In this document: positions 8,891 to 16,428 of the stretch, one piece after another
Layout of the letters: every line of letters begins with the position of its first letter
Position numbering within the stretch: position 1 is the first letter of the stretch
Origin: Actinomycetes bacterium
GTDB taxonomy: Bacteria > Actinomycetota > Actinomycetes > S36-B12
Direction: 5' to 3'
DNA: 64,000 bases
Assembly: GCA_965227045.1 (NCBI GenBank)
Contig: OZ245718.1
Coordinates: 451,031 to 515,030, forward strand
Position numbers and translations under genes: made by a program
Notes under the pieces: generated by a model
What the model saw: only the letters and a program-made list of their open reading frames with translations
Databases searched by the model: none
Told to the model about the DNA's origin: nothing

Positions 8891-10660
8891 ATGCGCGTCC
8901 GTATCGCCGCCGTCGTTGTCGTCGGAGCGGTAGGTGCCGCACTTCTGACGGTCCCTGCGACTCTCGCGCAGGCTGACGTCACACAGTCGTTCTCCTACAC
9001 CGGGTCAGCCGAGACCTTCACCATCCCGGCCAACGCGACCTCGGTCACGATCACGGCGATCGGCGGTGGAGGCGGCGGCTACAACGACGGAGACAGCAGC
9101 GGCCCCAACGGAGGCAATGGCGCGCAGGTCACTGCCACCTACACCGTTCCATCAGGAACGGTCCTCACGATCAAGGTCGGAGCAGGCGGCGGTACCGGGG
9201 ACATCCCGCGTCAGTCCCAAGGCGGGGCAGCGACGGCGGTGACCGGCACCGGAGTGACCGTGGTTGCCGGAGGCGGCGGTGGTTCGGGACCAGGCGCCGA
9301 GGGTGGTAGTGGTGCCGCGAGTAGCACGGCGGCCGGTGGTAACGGCAGCAGTGGCAACTACTCGGGCTTCGGCGCAAGCGGCAGTGGTACCGGTGGCAAT
9401 GGCAGCCCGTACCCGGGTGGCTGTGGCTCGGCGGTCGACCTGATTGGCGCCGCCGGCGGAGCCGGTTCGGCAAACGGCGCCAATGGCGCATCACCGCCGG
9501 TGGGAGCGGGCGGTGGCGGCTTCGGCGGCGGCAACGGCGGTACGTCGGGCACCGGCCAGCTCGGCGGATCCTCGGCGAGCTTCAGCAATGCCAGCTCGGG
9601 CGAGGGGGGAGGCGGCGATGGCGCCGGCTTCGGTGGCGGCGGCGGTGGCTACGCGGGCGGCGGTGGCGGTGGCTACGGCGGCGGTGGCGGCGCAGCGAAC
9701 TGCGGCAGCTCGGGCGCCGGCGGCGCGGGAGGTTCCTTCTCGAACGGTTCCTCCGTGACCTTCGCTCCGGCGAGCAACGGCGCCCAGTCCTCGACGAGCA
9801 TCGTCGCCGGCAACGGATCGGTGACGATCGTCGTGACGCAGGGTGCGGCTCCCACGCCCACCCCGACGCCCACGCCGACCAGCGAACCCACTCCTACGCC
9901 CACACCGACCGTGACCCCGACTCCCTCGGCAACACCCACGCCGACACCGACCGAGCTCCTGCCCGGCACCGGCACGATCGTCGTCAACGGCGCATCGGTT
10001 CCCGTCACCGTCGAGCCGACCCCGGACGGGTCTGGCCTCGTGGTCGTCGGAGCCGGCATACGGATCGTCATCGACGCGGTCGGCCCGACCGGTGCACCGC
10101 TGCCGCTCGCGCCAGACGGCTCGCTCGTGCTGTCGCAGTCCGGCGAGTTCACGATGAGCGGGACCGGCTTCGACCCGTCGAGCACGGTCACCCTCTTCAT
10201 GTTCTCGACGCCGATCCAGCTGGGAACACTTCCGGTCGGCAAGAACGGCCAGGTCTCGGGCTCCGCACTCATCCCAGGAGCCACGGCGACGGGAAGTCAC
10301 ACGATCCAGGCGATCGGCACCGGTGCTGATGGCAAGCCGCTGACCTTGTCACTCGGCGTCACCGTGCTCACGCCGCCCGCGGCGCGAGGTGCGAATCCGA
10401 CGGTCTCGCTGGCGAAGCAGTCGGCAAAGTCCGCAGGCGCGTCGTTCCAGGTGAACGCGTCGGGCGTGCAGGCACGTTGCGCCGTGACCTTCTGGACGCG
10501 TGGTTCGTCGGTAGAAGCCAAGTCAGGTGTCGCGGGTCGGGCTTCGGCAACGCTCACGGCGCCGAACGCGAAGGGCCGTTGGGCGGTCACCGCGAAGGTG
10601 TCAGGCACCGGCTGCGAGCGCATCACAGCGAAGACCTACGTGCGCGTCAGCGCCAACTGA
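8891..10660 (+). CDS. Secreted glycine-rich-domain protein with a Pro/Thr linker and C-terminal Ig-like beta regions
   Basis: 589 aa. Signal peptide ending TLAQA. The N-terminal block FSYTGSAETFTIPANATSVTITAIGGGGGG...GAQVTATYTVPSGTVLTIKVGAGGG, followed by about 200 aa of poly-Gly tracts, resembles the bacterial/ALK-LTK glycine-rich domain family (from memory). A PTPTPT linker follows, then beta-rich repeats. Confidence 0.75.
   Translation: MRVRIAAVVVVGAVGAALLTVPATLAQADVTQSFSYTGSAETFTIPANATSVTITAIGGGGGGYNDGDSSGPNGGNGAQVTATYTVPSGTVLTIKVGAGGGTGDIPRQSQGGAATAVTGTGVTVVAGGGGGSGPGAEGGSGAASSTAAGGNGSSGNYSGFGASGSGTGGNGSPYPGGCGSAVDLIGAAGGAGSANGANGASPPVGAGGGGFGGGNGGTSGTGQLGGSSASFSNASSGEGGGGDGAGFGGGGGGYAGGGGGGYGGGGGAANCGSSGAGGAGGSFSNGSSVTFAPASNGAQSSTSIVAGNGSVTIVVTQGAAPTPTPTPTPTSEPTPTPTPTVTPTPSATPTPTPTELLPGTGTIVVNGASVPVTVEPTPDGSGLVVVGAGIRIVIDAVGPTGAPLPLAPDGSLVLSQSGEFTMSGTGFDPSSTVTLFMFSTPIQLGTLPVGKNGQVSGSALIPGATATGSHTIQAIGTGADGKPLTLSLGVTVLTPPAARGANPTVSLAKQSAKSAGASFQVNASGVQARCAVTFWTRGSSVEAKSGVAGRASATLTAPNAKGRWAVTAKVSGTGCERITAKTYVRVSAN
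9851..9952 (+). repeat. Pro-Thr linker: low-complexity coding repeat inside the Gly-rich protein gene
   Basis: Encodes PTPTPTPTPTSEPTPTPTPTVTPTPSATPTPTPT through degenerate CCN-ACN repeats. Confidence 0.8.
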
Positions 10661-10670
10661 GGTGAAGAAG

Positions 10671-11303
10671 ATGTCTCGATCTCGGCGAGTTGCCGGACTT
10701 GTCGCCCCATTCGCGATCGTGGCAACGATCATGGCGGTCGCAGTGAGTCCCGTGTCTGCGGCGCCGGCTGCCAAGGAGAAGTGCACCATCGTAGGGACGT
10801 CGCTCGCTGACTATCTCGTCGGTACGAGTGGGCGCGATGTCATCTGCGGACTCGGGGGAGCGGACGTCATCCGCGGTCTCGGTGGCAATGACGTGATCCT
10901 GGGCGGACGCGGTCACGATCTCCTGATCGGGGGGTCGGGGAGGGACTCGATCTTCGGTGGACGAGGAAACGATGAACTCACCCCGGGCATTGGAGCCCAG
11001 GTGTTCGAGTATCGAATCGTCAACGACTCCCGAGATTTCCTCAACGTTCGCGTGGCCGGAGGCGAAGGATGCGTGCTCGGCGGCGACTTCAGCCGTCCGC
11101 TGGCCCCCTTGTCTTCGTTTGGCACGGCGGTTCGAATCGACGGAACGTGCGATAAGTCGGCACCGATCAGAGTGTCAGCGGTCGGCCTCGACTGCACGTT
11201 GTCCACAGACGAGCAGATTTGCCAGGGAAAGTTCTTCGCGAGGTACACCCTGCGGCCCGACGGCATCACGGTTGCACTCAGCGCCGGCGCGACCGGGGGC
11301 TAA
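10671..11303 (+). CDS. Secreted calcium-binding protein with RTX-type repeats (paralog of 5716..6489)
   Basis: ORF 10527..11303. The real start is ATG 10671, 10 nt after the upstream stop. Signal peptide MSRSRRVAGLVAPFAIVATIMAVAVSPVSAA, then CTIVGTSLADYLVGTSGRDVICGLGGADVIRGLGGNDVILGGRGHDLLIGGSGRDSIFGGRGND. Confidence 0.7.
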   Translation: MSRSRRVAGLVAPFAIVATIMAVAVSPVSAAPAAKEKCTIVGTSLADYLVGTSGRDVICGLGGADVIRGLGGNDVILGGRGHDLLIGGSGRDSIFGGRGNDELTPGIGAQVFEYRIVNDSRDFLNVRVAGGEGCVLGGDFSRPLAPLSSFGTAVRIDGTCDKSAPIRVSAVGLDCTLSTDEQICQGKFFARYTLRPDGITVALSAGATGG

Positions 11304-11326
11304 ACGGACGCTGCGAGACTTGGCTC

Positions 11327-11659
11327 ATGACGCATGACGCGGTCGGCCCGCCGTTCGATCAGCTCCTGGCAACCGCGGAGTCGGTCGCCGATGCGCGTCC
11401 CGACGTGGACAGGGCGACCGTGCGCGAGGTATTCCTCGAGGCGGCAACCCTGCTCGACAACGGCCTCGCGCTCGAGGGGCTCGACAGACACGACGCACGC
11501 GTCGTTGTCGCTGGTCTGTGCATCGATCTCGTTGCCGAGGATCCCGGTGCTGCGATCCGCGCCCGCGCCCGCGCAGTGATCGAGGTACCGGAAGACCTGC
11601 ACGACCCGAGAGGGGCATCCGCGGCGTACCTCGTCGCGGCGGGAATCCTGCAGCTCTGA
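11327..11659 (+). CDS. Hypothetical small acidic protein
   Basis: ORF 11219..11659. ATG 11327 lies 23 nt after the upstream stop. 110 aa, predicted helical and acidic. No family recognised. Confidence 0.45.
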   Translation: MTHDAVGPPFDQLLATAESVADARPDVDRATVREVFLEAATLLDNGLALEGLDRHDARVVVAGLCIDLVAEDPGAAIRARARAVIEVPEDLHDPRGASAAYLVAAGILQL

Positions 11660-11716
11660 GGATAGAAGGCATGCGCGAGTCACTGATTCGCCTGCACGCC
11701 GTTGTTACCCTCGACC

Positions 11717-12151
11717 ATGGCCACCACGAAGAAGACCGCCTCCAGCGGGTTCAGCGCCGAGGAGCGTGCCGCGATGAAGGCGGCCGCCGCCGAGCGGAAG
11801 GCGTCTCAGAAGCAGGAGGACCTCGACAAGGCCCTGGCCGAGGCGATCTCTAAGCTCCCCGCTGACGAAAGGAAGATGGCGAAGGAGATCGACGCGATCA
11901 TTCGCGCGAACGCCCCGATGCTCGCCTCGAAGACCTACTACGGCATGCCCGGGTGGGCGCTCGATGGCAAGGTCTGCATCTTCATGTCGCCGGCGAGCAA
12001 GTTCAAGACCCGCTACTGCACCATCGGCTTCGAGGGAGTCGCGAACCTCGACGACGGCAACATGTGGCCGACGTCGTTCGCGATCCTGGAGATCGGGCCG
12101 GCCGAGAAGAAGAAGATCACCGCCCTCGTGAAGAAGGCAGTCTCGACGTAG
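11717..12151 (+). CDS. DUF1801 / YdhG-like domain protein
   Basis: ORF 11702..12151. Lys/Ala-rich N-terminal tail, then YYGMPGWALDGKVCIFMSPASKF...IGFEG, as in the YdhG-like family. Assigned from memory. Confidence 0.6.
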   Translation: MATTKKTASSGFSAEERAAMKAAAAERKASQKQEDLDKALAEAISKLPADERKMAKEIDAIIRANAPMLASKTYYGMPGWALDGKVCIFMSPASKFKTRYCTIGFEGVANLDDGNMWPTSFAILEIGPAEKKKITALVKKAVST

Positions 12152-12178
12152 TCAGTTCGTACGGTCGCGTATTGACTC

Positions 12179-12967
12179 GTGGCTGCTGGACGGCACGTGC
12201 TGCGGCCATTTTGCGCAGGCGCCGACGATGGGCGATCATCCGGTGTGCATCTGTCGCGAGTGACCGTTGTCGGGATCGTCGCCCTGTTCGCCGTCATGGT
12301 TGGAGGCGGCTCGGCGATGGCGGGAGGTGTCGCGGGGCGCTCCTGCGACCTGAGCGCGAAGGTGACGTGCCGGGGCGGGGACCTGCACGGCCGGGACTTG
12401 AGAGCGCATGATCTATCGGGCGCTGATCTTCGGCGGGCCGACCTGCGCGGCGCGATCCTTCGCAACATGGACCTGCGCGGTGCAAACCTACGGTTCGCGA
12501 ACCTGCGGGGTGCTGACATGCGCGGAGCCCGGCTCGGCTCGGCCGCCGCTGGGACGCGCGCCGCGCCGGCCTGCGCGCCCACCTGTGCTGGTGCTGACCT
12601 GACCGGAGCTGACCTCACCGGCGTCCTCCTCATCGACGCGGAACTGATCGGAACCAACCTGTCCGGTGCGAACCTGACCAATGCGAACCTGTCCGGCGCG
12701 TCGGCGGGCAACGCAAACTTCTCGAGCGCGACGCTGGTCAGCACGAATCTGTCGGGTGTGCAGATGACCTTCGCGAACCTGACCAATGCGAACCTGTCCG
12801 GCGCGAACCTGACGAGCGCAGGCATGCTCGGCGTAATCATGAGCGGCGCGAACCTGACGAATGCGAACCTGACAGGGGCGGGACTCGTCACCGTTCCGGC
12901 TCCGACCGGTGTCATCTGGACAGGAGCCACCTGCATGAACGGGCAGTCTGGGCCGTACCCCTGCTGA
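12179..12967 (+). CDS. Pentapeptide-repeat protein with an N-terminal hydrophobic signal/anchor
   Basis: 262 aa. Two blocks of A(D/N)LxG-type pentapeptides (ADLRRADLRGAILRNMDLRGANLRFANLRGADMRGARL and TNLSGANLTNANLSGA...). The N-terminus VTVVGIVALFAVMVGGGSAMA looks like a signal peptide. Eight Cys. Start uncertain (GTG 12179, 12245 or 12260). Confidence 0.85.
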   Translation: MAAGRHVLRPFCAGADDGRSSGVHLSRVTVVGIVALFAVMVGGGSAMAGGVAGRSCDLSAKVTCRGGDLHGRDLRAHDLSGADLRRADLRGAILRNMDLRGANLRFANLRGADMRGARLGSAAAGTRAAPACAPTCAGADLTGADLTGVLLIDAELIGTNLSGANLTNANLSGASAGNANFSSATLVSTNLSGVQMTFANLTNANLSGANLTSAGMLGVIMSGANLTNANLTGAGLVTVPAPTGVIWTGATCMNGQSGPYPC

Positions 12968-13090
12968 AGGTCACCTGCTCCGGACGACCTTCGAGCAGTC
13001 AGCAGGCGCTAGGTGAATCCGGAACCCGCCTGAGTTGCGTTGCGGCGCTCGTATGAGCCCCACACCGCAGTAGCGCGAATCTCCATTGAA

Positions 13091-13252
13091 TCAGTGCTTC
13101 GTACTGGTCAGGTTCCCAGCGATGTCGGTGGTCCACCAAGTCCGGGCGAGGAAACCCAGCAGCGCACCGACCAGCGTGAATCCCAGCGCGATCAACGACA
13201 CCTGCGCGTCCGAGACGCCAAGAAGGGCTTCACGCAAGTCGTCGATGATCAT
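13091..13252 (-). CDS. Possible small single-TM protein (53 aa), not in the ORF track
   Basis: Reverse-strand ATG at 13252 to TGA at 13093..13091: MIIDDLREALLGVSDAQVSLIALGFTLVGALLGFLARTWWTTDIAGNLTSTKH. It has one clear hydrophobic helix and lies on the same strand as, and downstream of, the two islet genes. The plus-strand ORFs over this region translate to charged low-complexity sequence. Confidence 0.3.
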   Translation of the reverse strand: MIIDDLREALLGVSDAQVSLIALGFTLVGALLGFLARTWWTTDIAGNLTSTKH

Positions 13253-13381
13253 TCGGTCGCTCGTGCAAAGAATATTGCTGCCTCAGACCGTCCCATCTAG
13301 CCCACACCTTTCATCACACCCCCCTGCGCCGGACGTTAACGAACTCGGAGGCGAAGCGCTTGCGAATCGCCACCAGCAACG

Positions 13382-14110
13382 TCACGGAAATGCGGCACCA
13401 CGTATGTCGAGCACAGCGGCGCTTGTGAGGGTTGCGAGTGCGTGGAGAGTCGGCAGCACGGGCGCGGGTGGCTTAGTGAAGTCCCAGCCGACGTAGATGG
13501 TCTCCGTGACGGCCTGAGTCGGACTCGGCACCGGACGTTGGGTCACCGGATTCACCGGCACGCCGTTGATGAAGACACCGCTGCCGAATGTAACTCCGCT
13601 GCCGGTGTTCGGATCGAAAGGCGTCCACTCAACCGAGCCGCCACCGGGACTCTCGGCGCGTATTCGTCGAGTCTCCGTGCGAGTCTGCGCACTGAAGTCC
13701 TGATGCTTATTGACGCGCGTGAGGTCGTGGAGCAGGCCAAGTTCGGACTTACCGGGCTGATACGGCTGGTGACGCTCTACGGCGTCGTACACATCCGTAG
13801 GGACAGACGGAAAGTCCTTCGCCATTCGGCTCGCGAACCTGGAGGTATCAGGGGCGAGTGGAAAGTATGGGGATCGGTCGGACGCCTTGCCGAAGGCGTG
13901 ATCAAGATCGGTCGCGGTCCAGTCCAGTACCCGCTGGCAATCCTCGATGAAGCGAGCAATGTCGTGGAGCAGATCGTCAGACATCTGCTTCGCAGTCAGA
14001 TCACGCTCACACTCCGCCTCGATGGCCGCCAACTGATCCGGCAACTTCTTGAGCACCACGTCTACACGACTCGGCATGTCCGTCCCTGTCCCTGGCGTTT
14101 GCGGTCGCAT
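13382..14110 (-). CDS. Hypothetical protein, orphan (242 aa)
   Basis: ORF 13382..14113 (the TTG is followed by ATG 14110; alternative ATG at 14077 after a purine-rich AGGGACGGAC). Helical N-terminal half (LHDIARFIEDCQRVLDW, LLHDLTRVNKHQDF) and a Gly/Pro/Val-rich beta C-terminal half. GC and codon third positions are visibly lower than in the flanks. No family recognised. Confidence 0.6.
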   Translation of the reverse strand: MRPQTPGTGTDMPSRVDVVLKKLPDQLAAIEAECERDLTAKQMSDDLLHDIARFIEDCQRVLDWTATDLDHAFGKASDRSPYFPLAPDTSRFASRMAKDFPSVPTDVYDAVERHQPYQPGKSELGLLHDLTRVNKHQDFSAQTRTETRRIRAESPGGGSVEWTPFDPNTGSGVTFGSGVFINGVPVNPVTQRPVPSPTQAVTETIYVGWDFTKPPAPVLPTLHALATLTSAAVLDIRGAAFP

Positions 14111-14172
14111 CAATCCTTGCGGAGGCGGCTCGAGTCTGGAAGTGGAGCCGACGTCCGGGCTGTGCGTTCGCG

Positions 14173-14751
14173 CTACGGCAGGGAGGCGTGATCGCCTTCG
14201 TCGTACGAACGCTCAATCTGAACACCGTCGACCATGTAGGTGATACGGAGAACCTTGACGACATTCTCAACGGGGTCACCTGCGAGCGCGTTCGTCGCAT
14301 CCACCTCAAGGCGGTTGTCTTGCGTCAACTCCTTCAGAACATCGGTCACGTCTATGAACGTCTCTTTTGCACCGTAGAGCGCGCGAACAATTCGGAACCC
14401 GGACGTCTCCGCGATACTGGGAGGGCTCTCCGGGGGTGGAACCGCATCGACTTGTGCGGGCTGACTGGCGGTATCGAGGCTGACGACCTTCCCGTTGGTG
14501 AGCGTCGAGACGAATTTCTGTCGTCGCCATTCGATCAGCACCGCGACTAGAGCGAGGACGACGGCGACTGCGAGGAGCGCCCATGCGTTTCGTTCAGTCA
14601 ACCAGGCACCAAGAAATGCCGCCGCGATTGCGGAGACGCCCTGACTCCAGTACCCCTGCACACCGAGATGGCCGAGTTCACGCCTACTAACGAAATAGTA
14701 GGTGTCGCGGCGCTGCCGAACTTCGATGGTGATTGGAGCCTGACTATTCAT
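14173..14751 (-). CDS. Hypothetical membrane protein: TM hairpin plus a C-terminal beta domain
   Basis: 192 aa. Arg-rich N-terminus, two adjacent TM helices (VSAIAAAFLGAWL / ALLAVAVVLALVAVLIEW), a Pro-rich spacer, then FRIVRALYGAKETFIDVTDVLKELTQDNRLEVDATNALAGDPVENVVKVLRITY. This resembles the DUF3395-type YG..DVT..DP..K.L domain (from memory, low certainty). About 53% GC in sampled 60-nt stretches. Confidence 0.6.
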   Translation of the reverse strand: MNSQAPITIEVRQRRDTYYFVSRRELGHLGVQGYWSQGVSAIAAAFLGAWLTERNAWALLAVAVVLALVAVLIEWRRQKFVSTLTNGKVVSLDTASQPAQVDAVPPPESPPSIAETSGFRIVRALYGAKETFIDVTDVLKELTQDNRLEVDATNALAGDPVENVVKVLRITYMVDGVQIERSYDEGDHASLP

Positions 14752-14862
14752 CGAGCATCAGTCCCTCGCCCCCGGAGTTCGATCCACCGAGCCTAAAGGC
14801 ACTTGAGATGGCTTCTTGGTATTGCTACGAACTGGGCGGAAGACGGAGGGTAGACGGAACGC

Positions 14863-14888
14863 AAAAACCCCCCACTCTCGTGAGGGGG
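14863..14888 (-). terminator. Intrinsic terminator directly after tRNA-Leu
   Basis: Reverse strand reads CCCCCUCAC-GAGA-GUGGGGGG-UUUUU: an 8-bp GC-rich stem (one G-U pair), a GAGA tetraloop and a U5 tail, 4 nt after the tRNA 3' end. Confidence 0.65.
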
Positions 14889-14892
14889 AGCG

Positions 14893-14978
14893 TGTCCGAG
14901 GGGGGACTTGAACCCCCATTCCCCGTAAAGGGAACTAGCACCTCAAGCTAGCGCGTCTGCCAATTCCGCCACTCGGAC
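14893..14978 (-). tRNA. tRNA-Leu (anticodon GAG), type II with a long variable arm; CCA not encoded
   Basis: 86 nt on the reverse strand: GTCCGAGTGGCGGAATTGGCAGACGCGCTAGCTTGAGGTGCTAGTTCCCTTTACGGGGAATGGGGGTTCAAGTCCCCCCTCGGACA. 7-bp acceptor stem GTCCGAG/CTCGGAC. Anticodon stem CTAGC/GCTAG with loop TTGAGGT. T-arm GGGGG-TTCAAGT-CCCCC. Confidence 0.9.
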
Positions 14979-15084
14979 GTGGTTGCACCGAATGGTGCTG
15001 GGGAAGCATACCCGACGTGTGACGGCCGGGTTAATTGGCTCGTGGGGGGCTGCGTTGCGGGGGCGCGAGCGGCAGGATGTGGGC

Positions 15085-16428
15085 ATGACGACGACACCCG
15101 ACACCGCTGCCTGGCAGGCCCTTCCCGATGCCGAAGGCGAGGTGGTGCAACTGACGCAGGAGCTCATCCGGATCGACTCGAGCAACTGGGGCGATTCTCC
15201 GGAGACGGTCGGCGAGGTGGAGGTCGCTGAGTACTGCGCCGAGCGGCTTCGCGAGGTGGGCTTCACACCCGAGGTGTTCTCGACCACGAGTGACAAGCGG
15301 CGCGGTGTCTACCTGCGCATTGCTGGCACCGATCCGTCTGCTGGGGCGCTACTGCTGCACGGCCACATCGACGTGGTACCGGCGATGGCCGAGGACTGGA
15401 CGCATCCGCCGTTCGAGGCGCTGCTCGACGAGGGCTTTGTATGGGGTCGCGGGGCCGTCGACATGAAGGACATGGACGCGATGATCCTGGCGGTTGTCCG
15501 CGCGTGGGGCCGTTCGGGTGTTCGTCCACGCCGCGACGTCGTCGTGCTGTTCCTTCCCGATGAGGAGGCCGGCAGCATCCACGGCTCCCGCTGGCTCGTC
15601 GAGAACCGTCCCGAGTTCTTCGAGGGCGTCACCGAGGCGGTCGGCGAGGTCGGCGGCTTCTCGATCTCCGTGCGCGACGACCTGCGGCTGTATCCGATCC
15701 AGACGGCGGAGAAGGGGATCCGCTGGATCCGCCTGACTGCCAAGGGCATGGCCGGTCACGGCTCGATGATCAACAACGACAACTCGGTGACCGCGCTGTG
15801 TGAAGCGGTGACGAAGGTCGGCAATCACCAGTGGCCGGTGCGGCGCACGAAGACCGTCGACAGGTTCCTCGAGGAGCTGTCAGAGGCGTACGGCGTCGAC
15901 CTGAACGCGGGGGAGATGGACACGGTGCTCAAGGCGCTGGGGACCCTCGGCTCGCTCGTTGGCGCGACGCTGCAGAACACCGCGAACCCGACGATGCTGG
16001 GCGCGGGCTACAAGCACAACGTCATCCCGGGGGAGGCATGGGCCAACATCGACGGTCGCGTGCTGCCCGGCTATGAGGACGAGTTCGAGTCGACCATCCG
16101 CCAGATCGTCGGCGATGCCATCTCGATGGAGTCGCTGGTCGAGGACGACGCGATCGAGGCGCCGTTCGACACTGCGACGGTTGACCTGATGGCATCGGTG
16201 CTGCGCGCGGAGGATCCCGGTGCTCGCGCGGTGCCGTACATGATCTCCGGGGGCACCGACGCGAAGGCGTTCAATCGCATCGGCATCGACTGCTACGGAT
16301 TCAGCCCGCTGCAGATGCCGGCCGACCTCGACTACTGGCGGCTGTTCCACGGCGTAGACGAGCGAGTGCCGGTCGACGGCCTGAAGTTCGGCGTGCGGGT
16401 GCTCGACCGGTTCCTGCGCTCGTGCTGA
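15085..16428 (+). CDS. M20/M25/M40 family metallo-hydrolase (DapE/ArgE-like peptidase)
   Basis: ORF 14983..16428. ATG 15085 avoids overlapping the tRNA. LLLHGHIDVVP, WGRGAVDMKD and LPDEEAGS are the M20 metal-binding blocks. Confidence 0.85.
   Translation: MTTTPDTAAWQALPDAEGEVVQLTQELIRIDSSNWGDSPETVGEVEVAEYCAERLREVGFTPEVFSTTSDKRRGVYLRIAGTDPSAGALLLHGHIDVVPAMAEDWTHPPFEALLDEGFVWGRGAVDMKDMDAMILAVVRAWGRSGVRPRRDVVVLFLPDEEAGSIHGSRWLVENRPEFFEGVTEAVGEVGGFSISVRDDLRLYPIQTAEKGIRWIRLTAKGMAGHGSMINNDNSVTALCEAVTKVGNHQWPVRRTKTVDRFLEELSEAYGVDLNAGEMDTVLKALGTLGSLVGATLQNTANPTMLGAGYKHNVIPGEAWANIDGRVLPGYEDEFESTIRQIVGDAISMESLVEDDAIEAPFDTATVDLMASVLRAEDPGARAVPYMISGGTDAKAFNRIGIDCYGFSPLQMPADLDYWRLFHGVDERVPVDGLKFGVRVLDRFLRSC

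Noticed and set aside
9200-9780. Repetitive GGC-rich DNA, the PT-linker and the PAPAPI repeats, considered as possible CRISPR or other noncoding repeat arrays.
   Set aside because: All lie in frame inside well-supported genes and encode Gly, Pro-Thr or Pro-Ala low-complexity protein segments. No repeat-spacer periodicity and no cas genes are present.
9959-9973. LPGTG (LPxTG-like sortase motif) inside the Gly-rich protein.
   Set aside because: It lies mid-protein at the end of the PT linker. It is not followed by a hydrophobic segment and a basic tail, and 230 more residues of folded domain follow it. Most likely coincidental.
12013-12936. 307-aa ORF antisense to the pentapeptide-repeat gene. 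It also looks repetitive (RFAPV-type units).
   Set aside because: Periodicity is inherited from the sense-strand 15-nt repeats. The plus strand gives the canonical A(D/N)LxG pentapeptide and has G/C-rich third positions. The minus frame does not.
13040-13496. Plus-strand ORFs 13040-13300 (86 aa) and 13086-13496 (136 aa) in the islet.
   Set aside because: Their translations are highly charged or Ser/Pro/Arg-rich with no structure-like features. They overlap the 3' end of the better-supported minus-strand gene and the minus-strand 53-aa TM ORF. Neither alternative is strongly supported, so only the TM ORF is listed, at low confidence.
13700-13730. A HEPN-like RxxxxH motif in the 242-aa islet protein (LTRVNKHQD).
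   Set aside because: The spacing is R-x3-H rather than the R-x4-6-H of HEPN nucleases, and no other HEPN features could be verified by eye. The protein is left as unassigned.
14752-14862. Possible att site or tRNA-3'-end remnant (GGTGGATCGAACTCCGGGGG on the minus strand), and a search for a matching direct repeat near 12968-13090.
   Set aside because: Similarity to the tRNA-Leu T-arm/acceptor (GGGGGTTCAAGTCCCCCCTCGGACA) is weak and does not fold as a T-arm. No convincing direct repeat was found at the far end of the islet and no integrase is present. Mobile-element status therefore cannot be claimed.
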